From the NCBI RefSeq assembly GCF_009914755.1, contig NC_060943.1: DNA of 64,000 nt. One strand, 5' to 3'. Source of the DNA: the human T2T-CHM13v2.0 reference genome, Homo sapiens. The notes below the pieces were generated by a model that saw only the letters and a list, made by a program, of their open reading frames with translations, did not search any database and was not told the DNA's origin. Shown one piece after another: positions 29,491 to 45,042 of the stretch (positions are counted from its first letter, which is position 1; each line of letters starts with the position of its first letter). Both the position numbers and the translations under genes were made by a program.

Positions 29491-31042
29491 TGGCAGCCAC
29501 TGCCACGCCTCCTGATCCTATCCCTTTACAATGGAAATCTGACACACCCGTTTGGATTCAGCAGTGGCTGCTTTCTAAAGAAAAACTGGAGGCTTTAACT
29601 CACTTTGTTTCTAAACAGTTACAACCTCGAAATGTGGAACCTTATCTTTCCCCCTGGAAGTCTCCTGTGTTTCTAGTAAAAAAGAAATCAGGCAAGTGGC
29701 AGATGGTAACTGATTTAAGGGCCATTAACCCTTTAATTAAACCTATGGGTGCCATCCAAGATGGCATGCCTGCCCCTGCTTTAATACCTAAAAATTAGCC
29801 TCTCATAGTTATTGATCTTAAAGATTGTTTTTTTCATATTTCTTTACATAAATCAGATTGTGAAAAATTTGCTTTTGCTGTACCATCTATCAATAAGTAG
29901 GAGCCTGCAGCTCATTATCAATGGAAAGTACTTCCTCAGGGAATGCTAAATAGCCCTACAATCTGCCACGTTTATGTTGGGCAATTGCTTTCACCAGTTC
30001 AAGCCCAATTTCCCCAGGCCTATATTCATCATTATATTGATGATATTTAATTACTGGCCCCACTGATAAAGAATTAATGGACTGTTATCAAATTTTTTGC
30101 CACGATGTTACAGAGCCTGGATTACCCATCACTCAGGATAAAATTTAACAGACCACCCGTGTTCAATATTTAGGAATGGTGGTCGATAAACAACGTATTC
30201 AACCTCAAAAAGTTCACATTAGGAGAGATTCTTTGAAAACTTTAAATGACTTCCAAAAACTTTTGGGTGACATTAATTATTTAAGACCTACTTTAGGCAT
30301 TCTGACCTATGCGTTGTCTAACTTGTTTTCTGTGCTTTGGGGAGATTCCAATCTCGGCAGTCCCAGAACTTTGACCCCTGAGGCTTCACTAGAACTGGAA
30401 TTCATAGAGGAAAGAATCCAGATGGCCCAGTTATCTAGAATACATCCGTTTCAACCTTTTCAGCTTCTGGTTTTCGCTTCATTACATTCCCCTATGGGAC
30501 TAATCGTTCAACATAATGATTTAGTGGAGTGATGTTTTCTTCCTCACTATGTGTCAAAAACTTTGATTATCTGGAACAACTGGCCATCTTAATTGGACAA
30601 GCTCAGTGCAAAATATTTAAAATTTCCAGATTTTTTCCAAATTTGACTGTAGTTCTTTTAAATCACCTTGAAGTTCAGCCCCCTTTCAACATTACCTACT
30701 GTGTCAAATTCACTTGACTGATTTTATTGGTGTTACTAACAATCATTATCCAAAGAACAAATTGTTTAATTTTATAAAAATGACTCCTTGGGTGGTCCCT
30801 CGATTAACCAAAGATCAGCCCATTTGTGAAACCGTTACAGTGTTCTCTGATAGTTCTTGTAATGGCAATGATGGTTGTGTAGGTCGTACAGATAAGCTTA
30901 TTTTTACCTCTATATCTCTGCTAAAAAGGTAGAGTTGATTGCTGTAATTACTGCCTTACAGGATTTCCCCAAACCTTTAAATATTGTCTCTATTCTACTT
31001 AATGTGGGAAAGAGGATATGCTTGTGTTTTGCCAGGAGATCA
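29482..31042 (+). pseudogene. pol: HML-8 pol remnant (RT, partial RNase H, integrase almost entirely deleted)
   Basis: [48 protein letters not shown] (~30034), [17 protein letters not shown] and VFSDSS. The sequence then jumps to the integrase C-terminal WGRGYACV-like segment. Confidence 0.9.
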
Positions 31043-31264
31043 CCAAAAAAAACCACAGAGAAAAGACGTCCACGTCACCAAACGCCCTCAGACGTGGTGA
31101 GATCTGTGCCAACTCCTCAGAAGTTGGCACACCAAATCAAAATGGGTCTGACTCAAACCTTCCTGATTGCAACGGAGACCCATCTAACTAATCCCACTTC
31201 TTCTGATTACCTTTCTTTTTCTCCTTAAAAATCCAAAAATCTCACCATTTATATTAGCAAAAAA

Positions 31265-34495
<3,231 letters not shown>

Positions 34496-34960
34496 AAGAC
34501 AATGTGTTATTTGGCTTGGAGATCGGGTAATGAGTCTCGACCATTGCATGCAAATTCAGTGTGACTGGAATACTTCAGATTTCTGTATAACCGTGTACTC
34601 CTATAAAGAGACTGATCATTCATGGGAAATGGTCAAAGGACACCTTCTGGGTAGGGAAGGTAATTTATCATTGGACATAACTGAATTAAAAACAAATTTT
34701 TGAAGCCTCTGAATCTCACTTATCCATTATGCCTAGAGCTGAGGCATTAGATCATGTGGTAGAAAACCTTTATGGATTAAACCCCACGACTTGGATTAGG
34801 TCTATTGTGGGCTCCACTGAAGTAAATTTTGGAATTATGTTTCTCTGTTTATTTGCTTGTCTTTAGTGTGCCAGACCAGTCAAAGAATCCAGTGTCAAAA
34901 TGGAGAGAATGAGCAAGTGTTCATCAACATGGCACATTTATATAAAAAGAGAAGGAGAAA
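34496..34960 (+). pseudogene. env: HML-8 env TM remainder plus polypurine tract
   Basis: [13 protein letters not shown]...[11 protein letters not shown]-like sequence resumes after the L1. Purine tract AAAAAGAGAAGGAGAAA directly precedes the 3' LTR. Confidence 0.85.
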
Positions 34961-36017
34961 TGTTGCAGGAAGTCAGGGACCCTGAATGGAGGGACTGGCT
35001 GAAGCCGTGGTAGAAGAACATAAATTGTGATGATTTTGTGGACATGTATTAGTTCCCCAAATTAATACTTTTATAATTTCTTACATCTATCTTTACTGCA
35101 ATCTCTGAACATAAATTGTGAAGATTTCATGGACATTTATCACTTCCCAAACCATACTTGTGTGATTTCCTATGCCTCTGTTAAATCTCTTAATCCCATC
35201 ATCTTCATAAGCTGAGGATGAATGTTGCCTCAGGACCCTGTGATGATTGTGTTAACTGCACAAATTGTTAAAACATTATGCAAGCTGGGCAACTTGAAAA
35301 AAGCACAAGATAAGAGAGATGTTCAGGGAACTAGGGAGATAACCATTATGTCTGGCTGTCTGAGAGCTGGGCAGAACAGAACCATATTTCTCTTTTTTCA
35401 AAAGTAAATAGGAGAAATATGGCTGAATTCTTTTTCTCAGCAAGGAGCAGCCCTGAGAAAGAGAATGCATTCCTAGGTGTAGGCCTTTGAAATGGCCACT
35501 CTGGGAATGTCTGTCTTTTATGGATGTAGACAAGGGATGAAATAAGCCCTGGTTTCCCGCAGTGCTCTGAGGCTTATTAGGATGAAGAAATACCCACCTA
35601 ATAATATTGGTCAGACCAGTTGTCTGTTCTCAAACCGTGTCTCCTGATAAGATGTTATGAACAACAATGTGTGGCCAAAACTTCATTAGCAATTTTAATA
35701 TCACCCCAGTCCTGTGATCTTGCCCTGCCTGCATTTGCCTTGTGATATTTTATTACCTTGTGAAGCACGTGATCTCTGTGACCCACATCTTATTCGTACA
35801 TACCCTCCCATTTTGAAAATCATTAATAAAAACTTGCTGGGTTTATGGCTCAGGGGGCATCACAGAACGTGCCAACATTGTGATGTCTCCCCCAGACACT
35901 CAACTTTAAAAATTTCTCTCTTTTTACTCTTTCCCTTTATTTCTTCGATGGGTTGACATTTAGGGGAAATAGAAAAGGACTCACGTTGAAATATCAGGAG
36001 CTGATTTTCCCCTGATA
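34961..36017 (+). promoter_or_regulatory. 3' LTR (MER11) of provirus 1
   Basis: TGTTGCAGGAAGTCAGGGACCC...TTTTCCCCTGATA, with AATAAA at 35825. Confidence 0.92.
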
Positions 36018-39000
36018 GAGAGTTTCAAACCCACTATATCAAAATCAAAATTTAATTCTGTAAGATGAATACACACATCATAAAGCAGTTTCAAAGACAG
36101 CTTTTTTCTAGTTTTTATCTGGGGATATTTGGTTTTTCACTATAGGCCTCAAAAAGCTCCCAAATATTTCCTCATACATTCTAAAAAAAGAGTGTTTCCA
36201 ACATGCTGAATAAAAAGAAATGTTCAACATTGTGAGATGAAACCACATATCAAAAAGCAGTTTAACAAAGAGTTTATTCCTAGTTGTTATCTGTGGACAT
36301 TTGATTTCTCACCAAAGGACTCAAAAGGCTTTCAAATGTCCCTTCGCAGACTCTACAAAAGTACTGTTTGCAACCTGCTGAATTAAAATGAAGATTTACC
36401 TCTCTTGGATGAGTCCATACATCACAAAGAAGTTTCTATGGGTTCTTAAATGTCTCTTTGCAGATTCTACCTAAAGAGTGTTTCAAATCTGTTTTAATGA
36501 AAGAACAATTTAACTCTGTGAGATAAATCCACACATTACAAAGCTGTTTTACAGATAGCTTTTTTCTAGTTTTTATCTGGGGATATTTGGTTTTTCACCA
36601 TAGGCCACCATGGGCTCCCAAATGTCCCTTCATGGATTCTAACAAAAGAGTGTTTACAACCTGTTAAATGAAAAGAAAGGTTTCAAACTGTGAGATGAAT
36701 CCACACATCACAAGGCAGTTTCACAGATAGCAGTTTTCTAGTGTTTATCTGGGAATATTCGGTTTTTCACCACAGGCCTCCATGGATTCTCAAAAGTTTC
36801 TTCACAGATTGTACAAAAAGAGTGTATGCAACTTGCTGATTCAATAGACAGGTTTATCTCTGTGAAATGAATCCACAGATCACAGGGCTGTTTCACAGAT
36901 CACTTCTTTCTTGTATGAATCTGTGAACATTTCGTTTTTCTCTGTAGGTCTCAAAAAGCTCCATTTTTCTCTTTGCAGATCCTGTGAAAACAGTGTTTCA
37001 AACATGATGTATCAAAAGAAACGTTGACCTCTGTGAGAAGAATCCACACATCACAAAGAAGTACACAGATAGCTACTTCCTAGTTTTTATATGAGGATTT
37101 TTTTTTTAACCATACACCTCAAAGGGCTTCAAAATGCCCCATGTAGATTCTACACAACTAGTGTTTCCAGCCTCCTGAATTAAAGGAAAGGTTTATCTCT
37201 GTGAGATGAATCCACACATCAAAAAAGCAGTTTCACAAACAGCTTCTTTCTGGTTTGTGTCTGGGGGTATTCGGTTTTTCACTGCTTCCTGAAAGGGTTT
37301 CCAAATGTACCTTTGCAGATTCCATAAAAAGAGTGTTTTTAATCTGCTGAATCAAAAGAAAGATTTAACTTTGTGATTTCAATCCAGATATCACAAAGCA
37401 GTTTCACAGATAGCTTCTTTCAGTTTTTATCTGGGGATATTTGGTCTTTTACCATAGGCCTCTAAGGACTCTGAAATGTCCCTTGAAAGATTCTACCATA
37501 AGAGTTTTTCCAATTTACCGAGTCAAAAGTCATGTTTAACTCTGTGAAACGAATCCACACATCACAAGGCAGTTTCACAGATAGCTTCTGTCTTGTTTTT
37601 GTCTGGAAATATTCGGTTTTTCACCAAAAAAATCATGGGCTTCAAAAAGTCCCTTTGCATATCCTACGAAAAGAGGATTTCACACCTGCTGAATCAAAAC
37701 AAACGTTTAATTCTGTGAGGTGAATCCACACATGACATGCAGTTTCAGAGACACTTTCTTTCTAGTTTTTATCTGGGCATATTCTGTTTTTCACCGTAGG
37801 CCTCTACGGTCTCCCAAATATCCCTTCGCTTATTCTAACTGAAGAGTATTTCAAACTTGCTGAATCAAAAGAAAGGTTTAACTCTGAGTGGTGAATCCAC
37901 ACATAACAAAGCAGTTCCACAGGTAGCTTCCTTCTGGTTTTCAACTGGGGATATTGTTTTTTTCACCATAGCCTCAATGGACTTCAAAATGTCCCTTCTC
38001 AGGTTCTACAAAACAAGTATTTCCAACCAGCTGAGTCATAGGACAGGCTTATCTCTGTGAGACGAATCCACACATCACAAAGCAGTTTCACAGGTAGCTA
38101 CTTTGTAGTTTTATCTGTGGATATTCTGTTTTTCACCATAGGGCTCAAATACCTTCCAAACCTCCCTTCTCAGATTCTGCCAAAAAGTGTTTCCAACCCA
38201 CTTAATCAAAAGAAAGATTTAACTCTGTAGATGAATCCAAACATCGCAGAGAAGTTTCACAGGTAGCTTCTTTCTAGTTTATATATGGGAATATTCAGTT
38301 TTTCACCATAGGTCTCAATGGGCTCCCACATGTCCCTTTCCCGATTTTACCAAAAGAGTGTTTCCAAACTGCTGAATCAATAGAAAAATTTAAATCTGTG
38401 AGTAGATTCCATACATCACAAAGTAGTTTCACTAAAACCTTCTTTCTAGTTTTTATCTTTCAATATTCAATTTTTCACAGTGTGCCACAATGGGCTGGCA
38501 ATGTCCCTTCACAGATTCTAGCAAAAGAATGTTTGCAAACTGCTGAATCAAAAGAAAGGTTTAAGCCTTTGGGCTGAATCCACACTTAACAAAGCAGTTT
38601 CACAGAGAGCTTCTTTGTACTTTTTATGTGGGGATATCCAGTTTTTCACCATAGGCATCTGTGGGCTTATAAACGCTCATTCACAGGTTCTATCTAAAAA
38701 GTATTTCTATCCTGCTGTATCAAAAGAAAGATTTAACTCTGTGCAATGAATCTACACATCACAAAGCAGTTTCACTGATAGCTTCTTTCTAATTTTTATT
38801 TGGAGATATTCAGCTTTCCACTATAGGCTTAAAAGGGCTCCCAAATGTCCCTTTGCAGATTCTACCAAAAGAGTGTTTCCAACCTGCTGAATCAAAAGAT
38901 AGGTTTAACTCAGTGAGGTGAATCCATACATCACAAAGCCGTTACATATTTAGCTTATTTCTACTTTTTATCTGGAGATATTCTGTTTTTCACCATAGAC

Positions 39001-41920
39001 CTCTATGGGCTCTTAAATGTCCCTTCACAGATACTATTTAAAAAATGTTTGAACCATGCTATATTGACAGAAATATTTAACTCTGTTAGATGAATAAACA
39101 CATCTCAAGCAGTTTCACAGTACTTACTTTGTAGTTTTTATCTGGGGATTTTTGATTCTTCATTACATGCTTCAAAGTTCTCTAAAATGCCCATTCGCAG
39201 ATTCTTCAAAAAGGTGTTTACAATCTGCTGAGTCAAAAGAAAGGTTTAACACTGTGAGATGAATCCACACATAGGAAAGCAGTTACACAGACAGCTTCTT
39301 TCTACTTTTTATCTGGGGATATTCAGTTTTTCACCTCAGGCCTCTATGGGCTCCCAAATGTCTTTCCACTGATTCTAGCAAACAAGTGTTTCCAAGCGAC
39401 TGAATCAAAAGGAATGTTTAACTCTGTGAGGTGAATCCACATATCAAAAACAGTTTTACAGACAGAGTCTTTCTAGTTTTTATCTTGGAATATTCGGTTA
39501 CTCACCAGAGGCCAGAAAGCCTCTACAAAATGTCCCTTCATAGATTCTACCAAAAGAGTGTTTTTATAATGCTGAATGAAAAGGATGGTTGAACTCTGTG
39601 AGATGAATAAATACAAGACAAAGCAGTTTCACAGATAGCTTGTTTCTAGTTTTAATTTGCAGATATTTGGTTTTTCACTGTAGGCTGTAAAGGGCTCCCA
39701 AATGTCCCTTTGCAGATTCTACCAAGACAGTGTTTTCAATCTGCTGAATCAAAAGATAGGTTTAACACAGTGAGATGAATCCACACATCACAAAGCAGTA
39801 TCACAGATAGATTCCTTCGAGTTTTTAGCTGGGGATATTGTGTTTTTCACCTTAGGTCTCTATGGGCTCCCAAATGTCACTCTGCTGGTTCCACAAAACA
39901 AGTGTTTCCAAGCTACTGAATCAAAAGAAATGTTTAAATCTGTGAGTTGAATCCACACATCACAAAGAGGTTTCACTGATAGCTTCTTCCTAGTATTTAT
40001 ATGAAGATATTCAGTTTTTTAACATAGGCCTCTATGGGCTTCCATATGTCCCTTCACAGATTCTTCCAAAGAAGTGTTTCAAATCTGCTGAATCAAAAGA
40101 ACGGTTTACCTCTGTGAGATGAATCCCCATATCACAAAGCAGTCTCACTGATACCTTCTTTCTCGTTTTTATCTGTGGATATTCTGTTTTTCACCATAGG
40201 CTTCTAAGGGCTCACAAACGTCCTTTTGCAGAATCCTCAAAAAGAAGGTTTCCAATCTGCTGAATCAAAAGAAAGGTTTAAATCTGTGAGGTGCATCCAC
40301 ACAGTAGAAAGCAGTTTCACAGATAGCTTCTTACTTGTTTTTATCTGGAGTTATTTTATTTTTCACCATAGGCCTCAAAGTGCTCCCAAATGTACCTTTG
40401 TAGAATCTACCTAAAGAGAGTTTCCAACCTGTTGTATCAAAATGAAATTTTAACTCTGTAAGATGAATGCACACATCACAAAGCAGCTTCAAAGACAGAT
40501 TTTTTCTTGTTTTTATCTGGGAATATTCTGTTTTTCACCATAGGACTCAAAAACTCCCAAATGTTTCCTCATACATTCTAACCAAAGAGTGTTTCCAACC
40601 TGCTGAGTAACAAGAAAGGTTCAACAATGTGAGATGAAACCACATATCAAAAAGCAGTTTAACAGATAGTTTTTTCCTAGTTGTTATCTGTGGACACTTA
40701 GTTTCTCACCAAAGGACTCAAAGGGCTTTCAGTGTCCCTTTGCAGACTATGCAAAAATACTGACTGCAACCTGGTGAATTAAAAGAAAGATTTTCTTCTC
40801 TTGGATTAATCCACACATTACAAAGAAGTTTCACAGATAGCCTCTTTCTAGTTTTGATCTTGTCATAGTTGGTTTGTCACTATGGACTATGGTGGGCTTG
40901 CAAATATCCCTTCAAAGATTCTAGAAAAAGAGTGTTTTTAAACCAGTGAATCAAAAACAAGTTTAACCCTTTGAGATGAATCCACATATCACTAAGCAGT
41001 TTCACAGAGAGCTTCTTTGTAGTTTTTATCTGAGGATATTCTGTTTTTCACCACAGGCCTCTATGGGTTCCCAAACCTCCCATCACAGATTCTACCAAAA
41101 GACTGCTTGCAATCTGCTTAATAAAATAAAAGGTTTAACTCTGTGAGATGAATCCACACATCATAAAACAGTTTGACAGACAGCTTCTTTCTAGATTTTA
41201 TCTGGGAATATTCTGTTTTTCACCGTAGGCCTCTATGTGTCCCCAAATGTCCCTTCACAGATTCTACCTAAAGAGTGTTTCAAACATGGTTTATCAAAAG
41301 AAAAATTTTACTGTGTGAGGTAAATCCACACATCACAAAGCTGTTTTACAGATAGCTTTTTTCTAGTTTTTATCTCGGGATATTTTGTTTTTCACCATAA
41401 GCCCCCAAGGGCTCTCAAATGTCCCTTTGCAGATTCTAACAAAAGAGTGTTTCCAAGCTGTGAAATGAAAAGAAAGATTTGACACTTTGAGAGGAATCCA
41501 CACATCACAAAGCATTTTCACAGATAGCTTTTTTCTAGTGTTTAAAGTTTCACCAATAACTTTTTTCTAGTGTATATCTGGGGATAATCAGTTTTTCACC
41601 ATAGGTCTCCATGGACTCCCAAAAGTTTCTTCACTGATTCTACAGAAAGAATGTATGCAGCTTGCTGATTCAATAGATGGGTTTATCTCTGTGAAATGAA
41701 TCCACAGATCACAGGACTGTTTCACAGATAGCTTCTTTCTAGTTTTTATCTGTGAACATTGGGTTTTTCATCATAGGCCTCAAAAAGCTCCCAAATTTCT
41801 CTCTGTGGATTCTACAAATCAGTGTTTCCATCATGGTGTATCAAAAGAAACGTTTATCTCTGAGATGAATCCACACATCACAAAGATGTTCACAGATAGC
41901 TTCTTCCTAGTTTTATCTGG

Positions 41921-41922
<2 letters not shown>

Positions 41923-41956
<34 letters not shown>
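41923..41956. repeat. (AT)17 microsatellite inside an alpha monomer
   Basis: Read directly from the sequence. Confidence 0.92.
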
Positions 41957-41959
<3 letters not shown>

Positions 41960-44900
41960 AACATAAGCCTCAAAGGGCTTCAAAATGCTGCAAGAAGATG
42001 CTACAAAATGAGTGTTTCCAACCTGCTGAATCAAAGGAAACGTTTATCTCTGTGAGATGAATCCACACATCAAAAAAGCAGTTTCACAAATAGCTTCTTT
42101 CTGGTTTTTATCTGGGGATATTCAGTTTTTCACTATATTCCTGAAAGGGTTCCCAAATGTACCCTCAAAGATTCTATAAAAAGAGTGTTTTTAACCTGCT
42201 TAATCAAAAGAAAGATTTAACTTTGTGATTTGAATCCAGACATCAGAAAGCAGTTTCACAGATAGCTTCTGTCTATCTTTTATCTGAGGATACTTGGTTT
42301 TTTATCATAGGTCTCTAAGGGCTCCAAAATGTACCTGGAAAGGTTCTGCCATAGGAGTGTTTCCAATTTACTGAATCAAGAGAAATGTTTAATTCTGTGA
42401 AATGAATCCACACATCACAGGGCAGTTTGACAGGTTGCTTCTTTCTACTTTTTATCAAGAAATATTTGCTTTTTCACCATAAACCTCAATGGGCTTCGAA
42501 ATGTCCCTTCCTACCAAAAGAGGGTTTCACACCTGCTGAATCAAAACAGACGTTTATTTCTGTGAGGTGAATCCACACATCACACAGCAGTTACACAGAC
42601 AGCTTCTCTCTAGTTTTTATCTGAGGATACTCTGTTTTTTAGCATAGGCCTCTAAGGTCTCCCAAATGTCCCTTCCCATATTCTACTTAAAGAGTATTTC
42701 AAATTTGCTGGATCAAAAGAAAGGTTTAACTCTGAGTGGTGAATCCACACATTAAAAAGCAGTTTCACAAGTAGCTTCCTTCTAGTTTGTAACTGGGGAT
42801 ATTGTTTTTTTCACAATAGACCTCAGTGGGCTTCCAAATGTCCCTTCTCAGGTTCTTCAAAATGAGTGTTTCCCACCTGCTGAATCAAAGGAAAGGCTTA
42901 TCTCTGTGACATGAATCCACGCATCACAAAGCAGATTCACTGATAGCTTCTTTATAGTTTTTATTTTGAAATATATATATATTTTTACCATCGACTACAG
43001 TGGGCTCACATATCTCTTTTTGCAGATTCTAGCAAAAGAGTGTTTCCATCATGCTGAGTCAAAAGAAAGGTTTAAGTTTTTGAGATGAATCCGCACATCA
43101 CAAAGCAGTTTCAAAGACTGCTTCTTTCTGGTTTTTATCTGGGGATATTTGGTTTTTCCCTATCAGCCTCAAAAAACTCCCAAATATTTCCTGATACATT
43201 CTAACCAAAGAGTGTTTCCAACCTGCTGAGTAAAAAGAAAGGTTCAACACTGTGAGATGAAACCACATATCAAAAAGCAGTTTAACAGATAGTTTCTTCA
43301 TAGTTGTTATCTGTGGACACCAAAGGACTCAAAAGGCTTTCAAATGTCCCTTCACAAACTCTGCAAAAGTACTGATTGCAACCTGCTGAATTAAAAGAAA
43401 GGTTTACCTCTCTGGAATGAATCCACATATCACAACTTTCACAGATAGCCTCTTTCTAGTTTTGATCTTGGGATATTCGGTTAGTCACTATGGACTACAG
43501 TGGGATCAAAAATGTCCCTTTACAGATTCTAGAAAAAGAGTGCTTCTAACCCAGTGAATCAAAAACAAGTTTAACCCTTTGAGATGAATCCACATATCAC
43601 TAAGCTGTTTCACAGAGAGCTTCTTTCTAGTTTTTATCTGGGGATATTCTGTTTTTCACCATAGGCCTTTGGGGTTCCCAAACTTCCCTTCACAGATTCT
43701 ACCAAAAGAGTGTTTCCAACATGCTTAACAAAAGAAAAGGTTTAACTCTGTGAGATGAATTGACACATCACAAAAGAGTTTGACAGATAGCTTCTTTCTA
43801 GATTTTATCTGGGGACATTCTGTTTTTCACTGTAGACCTCTATGTGTTCCCAAATGTCCCTTCACAGATTCTACCTAAAGAGTGTTTCAAACATGGTTTA
43901 TCAAAAGAAAAACTTAACTCTGTGAGATAAATCCACACATCACAAAGCTGTTTTACAGATAGCTTTTTTCCAGTTTTTATCTCGGGATATTTTGTTTTTC
44001 ACCAAAGGCCCCCAAGGGCTCTCAAATGTCCCTTTGCAGATTCTAACAAAAGAGTGTTTCCAAGCTGTTAAATGAAAAGAAAGATTTGACACTTTGAGAT
44101 GAATCCACACATCACAAAGCAGTTTCACAGATAGCTTTTTTCTTGTGTTTATCTGGAGATATTCTGTTTTTCACTATAGGCCTCCATGGACTCCCAAAAG
44201 TTTCTTCACAGATTCTACAAAAGAGTGTATGCAACTTGCTGATTCAATACACAGGTTAATCTCTGTGAGATGAATCCACAGATCACAGGGCTGTTTCACA
44301 GAAAGATTCTTTCTAGTTTTTATCTGTGAACATTGGGTTTTTCACCATAGACCTCAAAAAGCTCCCAAATTTCTCTTTGCAGATACTACGAAAACAGTGT
44401 TTCAAACACACTGTATCAAAAGAAACGTTGACCTCTGTTAGATGAATCCACACATCACAAAGAAGTTCACAGATAGCTTCTTCCTAGTTTTTATATGGGG
44501 ATATTGTGGGCTTTTTTGTCATAGACCTCAAAGGGCTTCAAAATGCCCCATGTAGATTCTACAACACGTGTGTTTTCAACCTGCTGAATCAAAGGAAAAT
44601 TTTATCTCTGTGAGATGAATCCACATATCACAAAGAAGTTCACAGATAGCTTCTTCCATTTTTTATGGTGATATTATTATTATTATTTTTTTACCATAGG
44701 CCACAACAGACTCCAAAATGCCCCATGCAGATTATACAAAACGAGTGTTTTCAACCTGCTGAATCAAAGGAAAGTTTTATCTCTGTGAGATGAATCCACA
44801 CATCCAAAAAGCAGTTTCCCAAATAGCTTCTTTCTGATTTGTATCTGGGGGTATTTTGTTTTTCACAACATTTCTGAAATTGTTCTCAAATGTACCTTCA

Positions 44901-45018
44901 CAGATTCTATAAAATGAGTGCTTGCAAACTGCTGAATCAAAAGAAAGGTTTACCTTTCTGATTTAAATCCAGATATCATTAAGCAGTTTCACAGATAGCT
45001 TCTTTCTAGTTTTTATAC

Positions 45019-45042
45019 TTTTTTTTTTTTTTTTTTTTTTTT
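45019..45042. repeat. Poly-T (24) inside an alpha monomer
   Basis: Read directly. It replaces the CTGGGGATATT..T segment. Confidence 0.85.
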
